Of a stretch of DNA of 64,000 bases, positions 8,896 to 18,431 are shown piece after piece (positions within the stretch are counted from its first letter, which is position 1; the number at the start of each line of letters is the position of its first letter). The stretch comes from a virus (Duplodnaviria > Caudoviricetes), in IMG/VR virus record IMGVR_UViG_3300002220_000740, positions 1-64,000 of that record; one strand, written 5' to 3'. Under the pieces are notes generated by a model that did not search any database, had not been told where the DNA came from, and saw only the letters and a list, made by a program, of their open reading frames with translations. The translations under genes were made by a program, and so were the position numbers.

Positions 8896-9837
8896 ATGAA
8901 GGATAAAGCAATATTTATTTTGTCAGGGTATGATTTTGAAAAAGACATAAGTTTTACAGTTGAATCTTTCTCTTATAAAATATCAAGGATTACAATGGAT
9001 ATTGAGAAAGAAGTGGGTTCAATAAACAATGATGAAAAAACATATCTCTCAATAGAGGGAGAATCAAGCCAGGAGGATTTTCTTGAAATGGCTCAAAACA
9101 TTAAGAATCTTCTATCCCTTGCAGTAGGTAAAAGAATAATATTTAACAAGCAGTTATACTATGATAAAGCAGATATAGAATTAATTTCTAGGGAGATGAC
9201 GTCCTCAATTAATGAAGGGCAGCAAATAGTACCAAATTTCAACATTGACCAATTTTTTATGCAAGTATTTAAGAAATACTCTGCCTTTTCCAAAGAAGAT
9301 AAAGACCAGTTTTTTATATCTACAGACTACTTAAATCAAACAAAAAATGGATTCATTGAAGATAGAGTACTTCACACAGCTATTGCCTGGGAATCTTTAG
9401 CTGATCACCTAATAATTAATTCAGATCTTCCGAAACATCTATTAGAATTGAGATTATTATTGAAATCTTCCATAAGAAGCTGGAGAGAAAAGAACCCGGG
9501 TTACGATACAAATGGTGAGCTTGGATCAAGAATTCTTGCCGCAATTGATAGAGAAAAATTGATAGATAAGTTAACAAAACTAGCTTTCCAATTTAAACTT
9601 AATTATAGACTACTAGAACTTGACTTTTACAAACTGAAAGAGCTACGTGATTTGGTTGCCCATTCTGGAAGAATCAATATTATCGGTTCTAAAGCTTATG
9701 GAATTATGGAACCAGCAATAAGAGGTATGCAAATAATACTCTTGTCCTGGGTGGGGTACTCAGGTCTAATTCACTCTCATAATGATAGATGGAATACACT
9801 AGAATCAATTAATAACTTCTACATTAAAACGGATTAA
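8896..9837 (+). CDS. HEPN-domain protein (ApeA-like), probable anti-phage RNase
   Basis: C-terminal LRDLVAH = RxxxxH; AWESL helix typical of ApeA/HEPN-like proteins; next to an R-M system. Confidence 0.65.
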   Translation: MKDKAIFILSGYDFEKDISFTVESFSYKISRITMDIEKEVGSINNDEKTYLSIEGESSQEDFLEMAQNIKNLLSLAVGKRIIFNKQLYYDKADIELISREMTSSINEGQQIVPNFNIDQFFMQVFKKYSAFSKEDKDQFFISTDYLNQTKNGFIEDRVLHTAIAWESLADHLIINSDLPKHLLELRLLLKSSIRSWREKNPGYDTNGELGSRILAAIDREKLIDKLTKLAFQFKLNYRLLELDFYKLKELRDLVAHSGRINIIGSKAYGIMEPAIRGMQIILLSWVGYSGLIHSHNDRWNTLESINNFYIKTD

Positions 9838-9840
9838 AGC

Positions 9841-9895
9841 GCCTAACAGGTCGGTGCAATTGCCTTCGCAACTGCACATACGCCGAACGTTAGCG
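9841..9895 (+). repeat. attC-like cassette recombination site
   Basis: GCCTAAC (RYYYAAC) ... GTTAGCG with an internal imperfect palindrome GTGCAATTGC/GCAACTGCAC, 3 nt after a stop codon. Confidence 0.6.
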
Positions 9896-10059
9896 TTCAT
9901 TGTGAAAAGACAAATCAAACGACAGAATAATATGGAACCTTTGCTGCATAAAAACAAAAAAGAAAACGGAAACCCACCGCACATTCAGACACATTTTATA
10001 TTGAAAAACGAGATATTGAAACTTATGTATTATTTTAGCGGCTTAATTATTCTGACAAA

Positions 10060-10260
10060 ATGAACAGAATTAAGGAAGTACTTGAAGAAAAAGGAATAAA
10101 ACAAACTTGGTTGGCTGAACAACTCGGAAAGAGTTATAATATGGTGAACGGTTACGTACAAAACCGACAACAACCACGACTTGAAGTGCTTTATGAAATT
10201 GCTAAAATATTGGACGTTGAAGTTAAAGACTTACTAATTGAACAAAAAGATAAGAAATGA
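10060..10260 (+). CDS. XRE/Cro-C1 HTH regulator (controller-like) of the R-M operon
   Basis: MNRIKEVLEEKGIKQTWLAEQLGKSYNMVNGYVQNRQQPRLEVLYEIAKILDV; overlaps the mod start. Confidence 0.9.
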   Translation: MNRIKEVLEEKGIKQTWLAEQLGKSYNMVNGYVQNRQQPRLEVLYEIAKILDVEVKDLLIEQKDKK

Positions 10261-12890
10261 GCAACATATACGAACAAAGATTTTTTTCCGCCTTGAAAGA
10301 CACGTTTATTGGACACCCGATTAAAGGTAAGTCAGGCTATGTGAATTTAATGGACATCAAAGCACAGTACTTTGCTGAGATTGAACCTTACATAAAAGCA
10401 GAAATAGACAAACAGATTGAAGCAAAATTCAGAGAAGAATTATTTGAAAAGCTTTACAGCTTTTTTGATTGTTACCTTAACGAAACTGGAACTGTTTTTT
10501 TCGCCAATTCTCAAATTCACAAAAACCTTTACGAAAAAGTCTATTCAGACCGTGATGATGTTGCCTTGTTTTGGAAAACACAGAAACTCTATTACGTAAA
10601 ATCGGAAGCGAATTATGAAGATTTACAAACCGAAGTAAACGGCATTAAAATACTGTTTGATGCTTCTGAAATAAAACACGCCAAAGGCAACGAGAAAAAA
10701 GCCATTCAATTTTTTATAGTAAAAGCCACCAAGGAAGAAGTGGTCTTCAAAATTCGCTATCAGGAAAACAACAAATACGACCGTCTAAAAGAATATTTGG
10801 GTTTAGATAAAAATAATGATTTAATTGATAAATGCTTGGATGAGTATAATTCGTCACTTCATCCAAACTTGATTTTTGAAAAAACACAAATTGACCAAAC
10901 TGTACTTGACAAGAAAACCGACAGCAGAAAATGCTTGTATATTGAAAATATTGACGATACCTTAAAATCAGTAAAAGTTGAATATAGTATTAACGACTTG
11001 ACTTTGATGTTGCAATATTTACATAAGAAAGGGATTATACTTTATGAAGAAGACCTGAAAAAAATATTTAGCATCTATAAACGCCAAAACGAAATTGATT
11101 ACTTTATACACAAAGATGCCGAAGGTTTTTTAAAAGAACAGTTTGACATTTATGTGTATAATTGGCTGTTTAACGACTTGGAAACAGACTTTGATGCAGC
11201 TACGGTAAAACGAATGCAAAACATCAAAAAAATTGCGCACAAAGTAATCGAATATATTGCAAGGTTTGAAGATGAACTCAAAGCCATTTGGGAGAAACCT
11301 AAGTTTGCAAAAAATTGCAATTATGTTCTGACTCTTGACAAATTAGCCGATAAGATTGAGCTAATTGAAAAGCTGATTACCAGCCCGGGATGGAAAAATC
11401 AGGTAGATGAATGGAAAGAACTTCATAAGGAATGGCTAGATGATAAAGGCGAAATAATAAAAAAAGAATGGTCTGAATTTGCTTTTTCTAATGAAAAAGG
11501 ATTTGTAAAGGAAATCATAGTCAAAGACAAGCTAAACGTTAAATACCAGTATTTACCTATTGACACAAAATTCTTCCCTGAATATAAATTTCAGATTCTT
11601 TCTTCATTTAATAATTTACACAGTAACCTTGATGGAACCATCATTAAAACTGATAATTGGCAAGGATTAAATACAGTAAAAGAAAAATATTTAGATAGAA
11701 TAGACTTAATTTATATTGACCCTCCATTTAACACCGGTAGTGATTTTAAATATAAAGATGCTTATCAAGATAGCACTTGGCTATCCCTTATTTTTGATAG
11801 AGTACTAATAACTAATAAATTATTAAGAAAGTCAGGGACTTTTTATTTCCATATTGATTATAGAGCAAATTATCTAGGTAGAATATTACTTGATAGAGTT
11901 TATGGTAAAAACAACTTTTTAAATGAAATAATATATGGTTATAGGATTCAAGGTATAAAGCGAAATGCCTATGCAAATAAACACGATACAATATTTGCGT
12001 ATACCAAAACTAATCCTGACTTAAACATTCATAAATTTCATCCTGAAAAAGAAAAACAGATTTATAATAAACCTTTCATAGATACTCAAACAATTTCACC
12101 TGATTTTTCTAAAATTAGCCAAAAGGATAGGGATTTAATTCTGAATTCAATTAAAAATGGCACTCCATTAAATGATAAATTCAAAGAAACTTTATTTAAT
12201 CAATACTTTGCTGAAACATTTATACGTGATATATGGGACCATGATAAAACAAAGCCCTTAATATCTGGCTCCTCAGAATATTTAAAATTTCAAACACAAA
12301 AGTCAGAAGGCTTGTTGTCTAGAATCATTGAAAACTCCTCTGATAAAGGTGATACGGTTTTAGATTTTTTCTCAGGTAGTGGAACAACTATAGCAACTGC
12401 CCATAAATTGAAGAGAAAATGGCTTGCAATGGAAATGGGTGAACATTTTAATGGTACAAATATTCCGAGATTAAAATGGACTCTTATTGGAAATTGCATT
12501 GGCATATCGAATGATGCTAATTATAGAGGTGGTGGGTTTTTTAAATATTATGAATTAGAGCAGTATGAAGAGGTATTGGCGAATGCCAAATTTCAATGGC
12601 AAGGCAATTTAGGACAAATTCAAGTAGAAAAATACAGTTTTATGCAAGACCAAAAATTGCTGGATGCCATTGAAATTGATTATGCGAACAAAAACGCTAA
12701 ATTGGTTTTTGAAACTCTATACCAAGATGTTGATATAGCCGAAACCTTATCAAATATCTCAGGCAAGCACATAAAACAGATTTTTGAAGACAAAGTAGTG
12801 TTTGAAGATGGCAGCGAAGTAGTGTATGCCGAAATGACTTTCGAAAAATACCCCTGGGTTAAGCCATTGATTTGGTGGAACAGCAAATAA
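10257..12890 (+). CDS. mod: Type III R-M methyltransferase subunit (Mod)
   Basis: LIYIDPPFNTG (motif IV) preceding VLDFFSGSGTT (motif I); GGGFFKYYEL; adjacent Res. Confidence 0.9.
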   Translation: MSNIYEQRFFSALKDTFIGHPIKGKSGYVNLMDIKAQYFAEIEPYIKAEIDKQIEAKFREELFEKLYSFFDCYLNETGTVFFANSQIHKNLYEKVYSDRDDVALFWKTQKLYYVKSEANYEDLQTEVNGIKILFDASEIKHAKGNEKKAIQFFIVKATKEEVVFKIRYQENNKYDRLKEYLGLDKNNDLIDKCLDEYNSSLHPNLIFEKTQIDQTVLDKKTDSRKCLYIENIDDTLKSVKVEYSINDLTLMLQYLHKKGIILYEEDLKKIFSIYKRQNEIDYFIHKDAEGFLKEQFDIYVYNWLFNDLETDFDAATVKRMQNIKKIAHKVIEYIARFEDELKAIWEKPKFAKNCNYVLTLDKLADKIELIEKLITSPGWKNQVDEWKELHKEWLDDKGEIIKKEWSEFAFSNEKGFVKEIIVKDKLNVKYQYLPIDTKFFPEYKFQILSSFNNLHSNLDGTIIKTDNWQGLNTVKEKYLDRIDLIYIDPPFNTGSDFKYKDAYQDSTWLSLIFDRVLITNKLLRKSGTFYFHIDYRANYLGRILLDRVYGKNNFLNEIIYGYRIQGIKRNAYANKHDTIFAYTKTNPDLNIHKFHPEKEKQIYNKPFIDTQTISPDFSKISQKDRDLILNSIKNGTPLNDKFKETLFNQYFAETFIRDIWDHDKTKPLISGSSEYLKFQTQKSEGLLSRIIENSSDKGDTVLDFFSGSGTTIATAHKLKRKWLAMEMGEHFNGTNIPRLKWTLIGNCIGISNDANYRGGGFFKYYELEQYEEVLANAKFQWQGNLGQIQVEKYSFMQDQKLLDAIEIDYANKNAKLVFETLYQDVDIAETLSNISGKHIKQIFEDKVVFEDGSEVVYAEMTFEKYPWVKPLIWWNSK

Positions 12891-12901
12891 TTTGAAAAAC
12901 A

Positions 12902-15829
12902 ATGGCAAAAATAGTTTTAGAAAAATTAGTTAAAGACAATCCAACAAGTTTGCCTGAGTTCTTCAAGAACTTGGATAAAGAAACCTTTGGAATTGACTGG
13001 AAGCTACACGAATACCAACAAACGGCACTCAAACACGCTTTGAATACGCTTTACTATTTCTATAACCAGAAAGATCATTTATCTAATCATTACCAATCTC
13101 AAACCAATGAAGATTGGAAACGAGAAATGAGTTATGCCAATGACAGCACTCATTTTGGTTTGCTTGGTCAATATTTTGAAATAGAAGACAATCAAATACC
13201 TTACACACAATTTTTGAATCGTGCCTCGCTTTGGATGGCAACAGGTTCTGGAAAAACATTGGTATTGATTAAACTCATTGAGTTTTTACATCAGTTAGCC
13301 ACTTTTAATTACATACCTAAAAACGACATATTAATTCTTGCTCCTAAACCTGAAATACTCAATCAGGTTAAAGAACATATTGTAGTTTTCAATAAAAACA
13401 GTTCTGTAAAAATTAATCTCAAAGATTTAAGAGAGTTTGAGAAATCAAAACACATTCAAACCTCACTCTATGAACCTGATGGTATCACAGTTTTTTATTA
13501 CCGAAGCGACAATATTACAGATGTCGATAAAACCGAGCAATTGAGTTATAAAACGGTTTTGAATAATGGGAAATGGTATGTACTACTTGATGAAGCACAC
13601 AAAGGCGATAAAGAAGACAGTATCCGTCAGGCTTATTACTCTATTTTAGCATCTAAAGGTTTTATTTTTAGTTTTTCCGCTACTTTCACTGATACAGTTG
13701 ATATTGTAACAACAGCCTATAATTTCAACTTAAAAAAATTCATAGAATCAGGTTATGGAAAGCATATTACTGTAAGTGGTCAAGAGTATAAAAATTGGAA
13801 CAAAAACAAAGGAGAGTTTTCTGAAACCGATAAAACGGAAATGGTTGTAAAATCTTTATTGGTACTAACAGCCATTAAGAAAGAAACTGCATTTATTAAA
13901 ACGCACCATCCCGGTTTATATCACAATCCTTTATTGATTACTATTGCAAACGAAGTAAATACAGTAGATGCAGAACTAAAACTATTTTTTAAGCAATTAG
14001 CTATTGTAGCATCAGGCAAATATGATATTGAAAAAGCAATTGAAGACTTAAGTACAGATTTGTTAATAAACAAAGCCTACCAATTCAATACTGCGGAAAT
14101 TCCTTCTTCGTTTATTCAAATTATTCAGAACATAAGTAAAGAAGATATATTAAAGTATGTTTTCAATGCTTCTGCATTTGGGAAAATAGAGTACACTCGA
14201 ATTTTAAATAATACCCGTGAAGTTGCTTTCAGATTAAAAACGGCAGAAGCAGGTCAGCATTTTTGTTTGTTAGTAGCATCAGATGCAACCAAATGGAGTG
14301 AAAATGTTTTAGAGAATTACGAATACACCGAAACTCCATTAACTAAATCGTATTTCAAGACAATCAATAGTCAAGAAAGTGACCTTAACATTTTGTTGGG
14401 TTCTAGAATTTTTACCGAAGGTTGGGATAGTAACCGTCCTAACGTAGTGAACTTTATCAATATTGGTGTTGATGAAGGTACACAGAAATTTGTTTTACAA
14501 GCAATTGGTCGCGGTGTACGAATTCAACCTGTGCCAGGCATTCGTAAACGTTTAGACTATATCGTTAATACAGAAGAAAGTGAAACACTTTCAAGATACA
14601 TTGATATCAAAGCAAAGGCGGAAATATTAAAAAGAAACTTGCCTCTAGAGAGTTTGTTCCTTTTTGCCACCAAGAAAGAAGTAATTAAAAATATTACTGA
14701 AAATTTAAGTAGAGAAAAAGATGCTGACGATTGGAAAACTGTGAAACACCTTTCAAGAACTAAAATTCCACAAGAATTACTTATTCCGAAATACGAAGAA
14801 GTAATTGCTGAAATTCCTGCTTATTCAATTAATAAAGAAGAATACAATGAATTAGTTGATTTTGTTGGAGCCGAAGCAGGTTCAAAAGACAAAATTGTAT
14901 TGATGCAAGCACCTATCAATGTTTCAAAAACCTTAGTTTCAGCTTTGGAAAAAATCAGAATTGAAGGTAATTTCAATTTCACAGTTTCCCATTCTAGTCG
15001 AAAACCAATTGACAATTTATTACTTCTTAATCACCACTTTCATCAAAAACCAAAACTTTTAAAGTCATTTGAACCTCTACTAACAGAAATCAATCACTTT
15101 GATAAAATTGAAGTTGCTTATCTTCCTGATAATGAACTTGGATTGTTAGAACAGGCGATTTTATCCTCCTTGAAAGGTAACAAGTCCGTATATAATTCTG
15201 TTGGTGATATTGTTGCTGCATATAATGCTAAAAAATTAAATGACCAACAACTTCAAGAACAACTTGACCTTTTTAATAATCAAGGAAAACCAAATACCTA
15301 CACTTACAACGGATTAAAAATTGAACTCAATACTGACTTTTTAGTAGAGCATTATTACAATCCGATTTTATTGACTTCAGAAGCACATAAACAACTTTTC
15401 AAACATATTATTTGGGTTCCTTCTGAAGTTGAGTTATTAAAGAAACTACACGATAATAGAGACAAGCTTGAAAAGTTTGAATGGTGGTATTTTTCTAAAA
15501 TTGACCAAACAACTGATGATGTTTCAATTCCTTACTACGACACAAGAGAACAAGAATACAGAAATTTTTTTCCTGACTTTGTTTTTTGGTTAAAAGCGAA
15601 ATACACTGACAAGTTAATTATTAAATTTATTGACCCTAAAGGAAATGTTGTTGGAACTGGAAACGCAGAAGATAAAGCTAAAGGTTACGAGAATATTTTC
15701 AATGACCACTCTATAAAATATAATAACAAAGAAGTACAAATAGACCTTTTCTTTTATAACGAACCGACTGGGGTTAACGAATCTGTTAAAGATTATTTTA
15801 CCAAGGACTTTAAAAAAATGTTTGAATAA
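12902..15829 (+). CDS. res: Type III R-M restriction subunit (Res)
   Basis: MATGSGKT, LDEAH, FSATF, EGWD, QAIGRGVR helicase motifs; C-terminal PDF...IDPKG nuclease. Confidence 0.9.
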   Translation: MAKIVLEKLVKDNPTSLPEFFKNLDKETFGIDWKLHEYQQTALKHALNTLYYFYNQKDHLSNHYQSQTNEDWKREMSYANDSTHFGLLGQYFEIEDNQIPYTQFLNRASLWMATGSGKTLVLIKLIEFLHQLATFNYIPKNDILILAPKPEILNQVKEHIVVFNKNSSVKINLKDLREFEKSKHIQTSLYEPDGITVFYYRSDNITDVDKTEQLSYKTVLNNGKWYVLLDEAHKGDKEDSIRQAYYSILASKGFIFSFSATFTDTVDIVTTAYNFNLKKFIESGYGKHITVSGQEYKNWNKNKGEFSETDKTEMVVKSLLVLTAIKKETAFIKTHHPGLYHNPLLITIANEVNTVDAELKLFFKQLAIVASGKYDIEKAIEDLSTDLLINKAYQFNTAEIPSSFIQIIQNISKEDILKYVFNASAFGKIEYTRILNNTREVAFRLKTAEAGQHFCLLVASDATKWSENVLENYEYTETPLTKSYFKTINSQESDLNILLGSRIFTEGWDSNRPNVVNFINIGVDEGTQKFVLQAIGRGVRIQPVPGIRKRLDYIVNTEESETLSRYIDIKAKAEILKRNLPLESLFLFATKKEVIKNITENLSREKDADDWKTVKHLSRTKIPQELLIPKYEEVIAEIPAYSINKEEYNELVDFVGAEAGSKDKIVLMQAPINVSKTLVSALEKIRIEGNFNFTVSHSSRKPIDNLLLLNHHFHQKPKLLKSFEPLLTEINHFDKIEVAYLPDNELGLLEQAILSSLKGNKSVYNSVGDIVAAYNAKKLNDQQLQEQLDLFNNQGKPNTYTYNGLKIELNTDFLVEHYYNPILLTSEAHKQLFKHIIWVPSEVELLKKLHDNRDKLEKFEWWYFSKIDQTTDDVSIPYYDTREQEYRNFFPDFVFWLKAKYTDKLIIKFIDPKGNVVGTGNAEDKAKGYENIFNDHSIKYNNKEVQIDLFFYNEPTGVNESVKDYFTKDFKKMFE

Positions 15830-16265
15830 TGCCAACCCTTCACAGCCACACACATTGTCTAGTCGCTCAAAAAAGCCAACTCATGACCAAAACCAGCCAA
15901 AAAGCTTGCCTACTTAAATACTCTCCAGACAGAAAGGAAGTTGCAAATTGAAAAAAATGACGAAAATCAATGGACACCAGGCGGTAACAAGTGGTATAGT
16001 TTTAATTGCCCTCCAGCCAACGGGAAAATCTTTCAGTGGGATTGACTTAAATAAAGATTTCTTCTACATTTGGTAGGCAGCATTCCCTTATACCATTCGG
16101 GGCTTTTCGCCTCATGCAGCGAGACATAATAAGGATGTGCTGTCATTTATTTTAGTACACAAGAGAACACTCAAAAACTAATTTAAGGTTCAATCTTGCC
16201 CTTCTGATGTGATGTAAGGCTATTTTACAACATGAGAGGTATAATAAAAACCCGGTTTTTGATGG

Positions 16266-16610
16266 TCAAGAGTGATCTGCATTTAATTTTCTCAACCTTT
16301 GGATCAGTTTAAAGGGTTTAACACCGGGTGCGTGCTGTTGGTTGGAAAATCGTTCTAATATTTGTTTCTCAGCATCAGGTAGGTTGAGGTTTCTATAAAT
16401 AATAGCAAGTTGCTCATAATAGCCGGGGGCAACACCACAGCCTTCAGCCTTTGACTCTGCTTCAGTAGCATCAATGATCCTTAAAAGTAGGTCTATTGCC
16501 AAATCATACTTTTTTTCTTTTTTCAATTGAAAAGCCTTATCACAATATGCTGTGTAGTGCTTATTATCAATATATCCTGCCAGTACTACCATTGCATTAG
16601 TTATTATCAA
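16266..16610 (-). CDS. TPR-like helical hypothetical protein
   Basis: YDLAIDLL...YYEQLAIIYRNL helical-repeat pattern. Confidence 0.55.
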   Translation of the reverse strand: MIITNAMVVLAGYIDNKHYTAYCDKAFQLKKEKKYDLAIDLLLRIIDATEAESKAEGCGVAPGYYEQLAIIYRNLNLPDAEKQILERFSNQQHAPGVKPFKLIQRLRKLNADHS

Positions 16611-16612
16611 AG

Positions 16613-17242
16613 TTAAAATAACGGTTGGTCATTGTTGCTGAGACAATTAGGCTTTATGATTTTGTCCGTTTTATTATCCTTAATAAGTAAATACCGATTT
16701 TTAAACATGTAGCAAAAGAATATTTCTGACTGCAATGCCCTCTCTTCAACAACCATTCGGTAGTGTTCCCGTGCCGTCATCGCAAATATTTGCGAAAAAA
16801 GCATCAGCCCGATTATTATTGACCATGTCCAATCTAAAATAAAGAATGAAGCAATAAATGCTATCCCTACAAGACCTGATATGGAGTTTTTCAACGGAAA
16901 ATTCGGAGATGATGCCCATATTCCAAATAATCCAAGTGGAATACCGAGCAGTAGTATCCATTTTTTAAGTACAATGGCTACAACTATATCAGCAACAACA
17001 ATGATATAAGGTAAAAATGTCCATATTCCATTAATATTATGATCTAGTTTTGTTCCAATAACTCCCAAGAAATCACTATTATATTCACAACCGAATGTAA
17101 TTTCTTTTTTGTCATGTGCATGTTTAACTTGCTCGTGAGTGGTGTAAGGGAAATTAACGAAGTGGGATAAACGATATGGAGCACCCTGCTCAATTATTTG
17201 TTGCTCAACTCTCCCAAATCTCGCTTCGTCGTCTTTGCTCAT
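16613..17242 (-). CDS. Multi-pass membrane protein
   Basis: About four hydrophobic segments; TAGTTTTG promoter motif at 17265-17272 (-). Confidence 0.75.
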   Translation of the reverse strand: MSKDDEARFGRVEQQIIEQGAPYRLSHFVNFPYTTHEQVKHAHDKKEITFGCEYNSDFLGVIGTKLDHNINGIWTFLPYIIVVADIVVAIVLKKWILLLGIPLGLFGIWASSPNFPLKNSISGLVGIAFIASFFILDWTWSIIIGLMLFSQIFAMTAREHYRMVVEERALQSEIFFCYMFKNRYLLIKDNKTDKIIKPNCLSNNDQPLF

Positions 17243-17412
17243 GTTTTTCTGTGTTTTGTATAATCAAAACTACAAAATAAAAGCAGTAATAAAAAGGGCT
17301 GCCATTTCTGACAGCCTTTAGACCAGGGTACAGATCTGCTGTAACAAACGTGTGTGGTTCTTTGAACTGTGCCCTGGTTTTTTATTTGACCCAACTACTA
17401 AACTATATAACT

Positions 17413-17598
17413 ATGACACGAACTAAATCACGTAAACATGTTGCCGTTGAATACGGCGAACCCGGTAATGTTAAAAGAGTCTGGTTCTGGACCAGGCTTG
17501 TGGCATCTGCCTATGCGGCAGAAATAAACGGCACGCTCAGACTGAGTCTTGTCGGACAACCGGTAACAATCTCAAAACGTAAACTTGTAACAGCATGA
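17413..17598 (+). CDS. Small hypothetical protein
   Basis: MTRTKSRK start after an AT-rich leader; ATGA overlap with the next gene. Confidence 0.55.
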   Translation: MTRTKSRKHVAVEYGEPGNVKRVWFWTRLVASAYAAEINGTLRLSLVGQPVTISKRKLVTA

Positions 17599-17990
17599 AA
17601 AAATTACTATTTGCACTGGCATTACTAACAATAGTACTATCAGTCCAGGCACAAACAACTTATTATCAATGCTACCAGGCATGGGGATATGATCGTGAAG
17701 CAGAGGAACTCTTTCCGAGCGAAAACACCAACTTTCTGATATCCCTTAATGGACAGACATTTACATTCAAGAATGAACAACAGAGTGTTTATTTCTGCAC
17801 TTCTACAGAAAAGAAATATTCTAAGTCTGACAGCAGAGGAAAGTTTGAAGTTCTTGGTATGAACGCCACCGATGAAGAGGGTAAACCTTGTATCTTCGAG
17901 ATGCGTGTATATCAGGAAGTTAATATAACTGTCTTTGCTGCTGTTTACAGAAACTTAATGATCTTCTGGGAAACCGAACGCCTGGATTAA
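17595..17990 (+). CDS. Secreted beta-rich protein
   Basis: Signal peptide MKKLLFALALLTIVLSVQA-Q. Confidence 0.75.
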   Translation: MKKLLFALALLTIVLSVQAQTTYYQCYQAWGYDREAEELFPSENTNFLISLNGQTFTFKNEQQSVYFCTSTEKKYSKSDSRGKFEVLGMNATDEEGKPCIFEMRVYQEVNITVFAAVYRNLMIFWETERLD

Positions 17991-17996
17991 TTTTTA

Positions 17997-18079
17997 GCGG
18001 AGTAGCAGAATTGGAATCTGTCATCAGTACGATCAGCTGGTGGGCACTTCGTGTTGGGGTTCGAGACCCTGACTCCGCG
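17997..18079 (+). tRNA. tRNA-like RNA with enlarged anticodon loop and variable arm
   Basis: GCGGAGT/ACTCCGC acceptor, CAGA/TCTG D stem, CATCAG/CTGGTG stem with 9-nt loop TACGATCAG, T loop TTCGAGA. Confidence 0.65.
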
Positions 18080-18093
18080 CTAATATTTTACAA

Positions 18094-18426
18094 ATGAAGA
18101 AAGACCATTTAAGAACAACCAGGGAACTCACCCTCACAACATGGATACCCGTAGCATTGATCATCTGGGTATTCATACTCATGACATGTAGTTGTACACC
18201 AGATGCCTATGTCACCTGTAACAGGTGTTATATAACATCAACGATAATACGTTGTGATACAACACTTACCACTATTGTTGTCGAACCACTCAAGTGTGAG
18301 TGGACCCCTGATGAAATCAGCCAGTATGAGCGTAAGAACACGCTGGTAATGGATGAGAAATGCTTTTTCCTTATTCAAACATGTAACTGTATTTTAATAG
18401 ATAGCATTTATAAACCTAAATTATAG
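18094..18426 (+). CDS. Cys-rich putative lipoprotein
   Basis: Hydrophobic stretch ending MTCSC; multiple Cys residues. Confidence 0.6.
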   Translation: MKKDHLRTTRELTLTTWIPVALIIWVFILMTCSCTPDAYVTCNRCYITSTIIRCDTTLTTIVVEPLKCEWTPDEISQYERKNTLVMDEKCFFLIQTCNCILIDSIYKPKL

Positions 18427-18431
18427 CAAGG

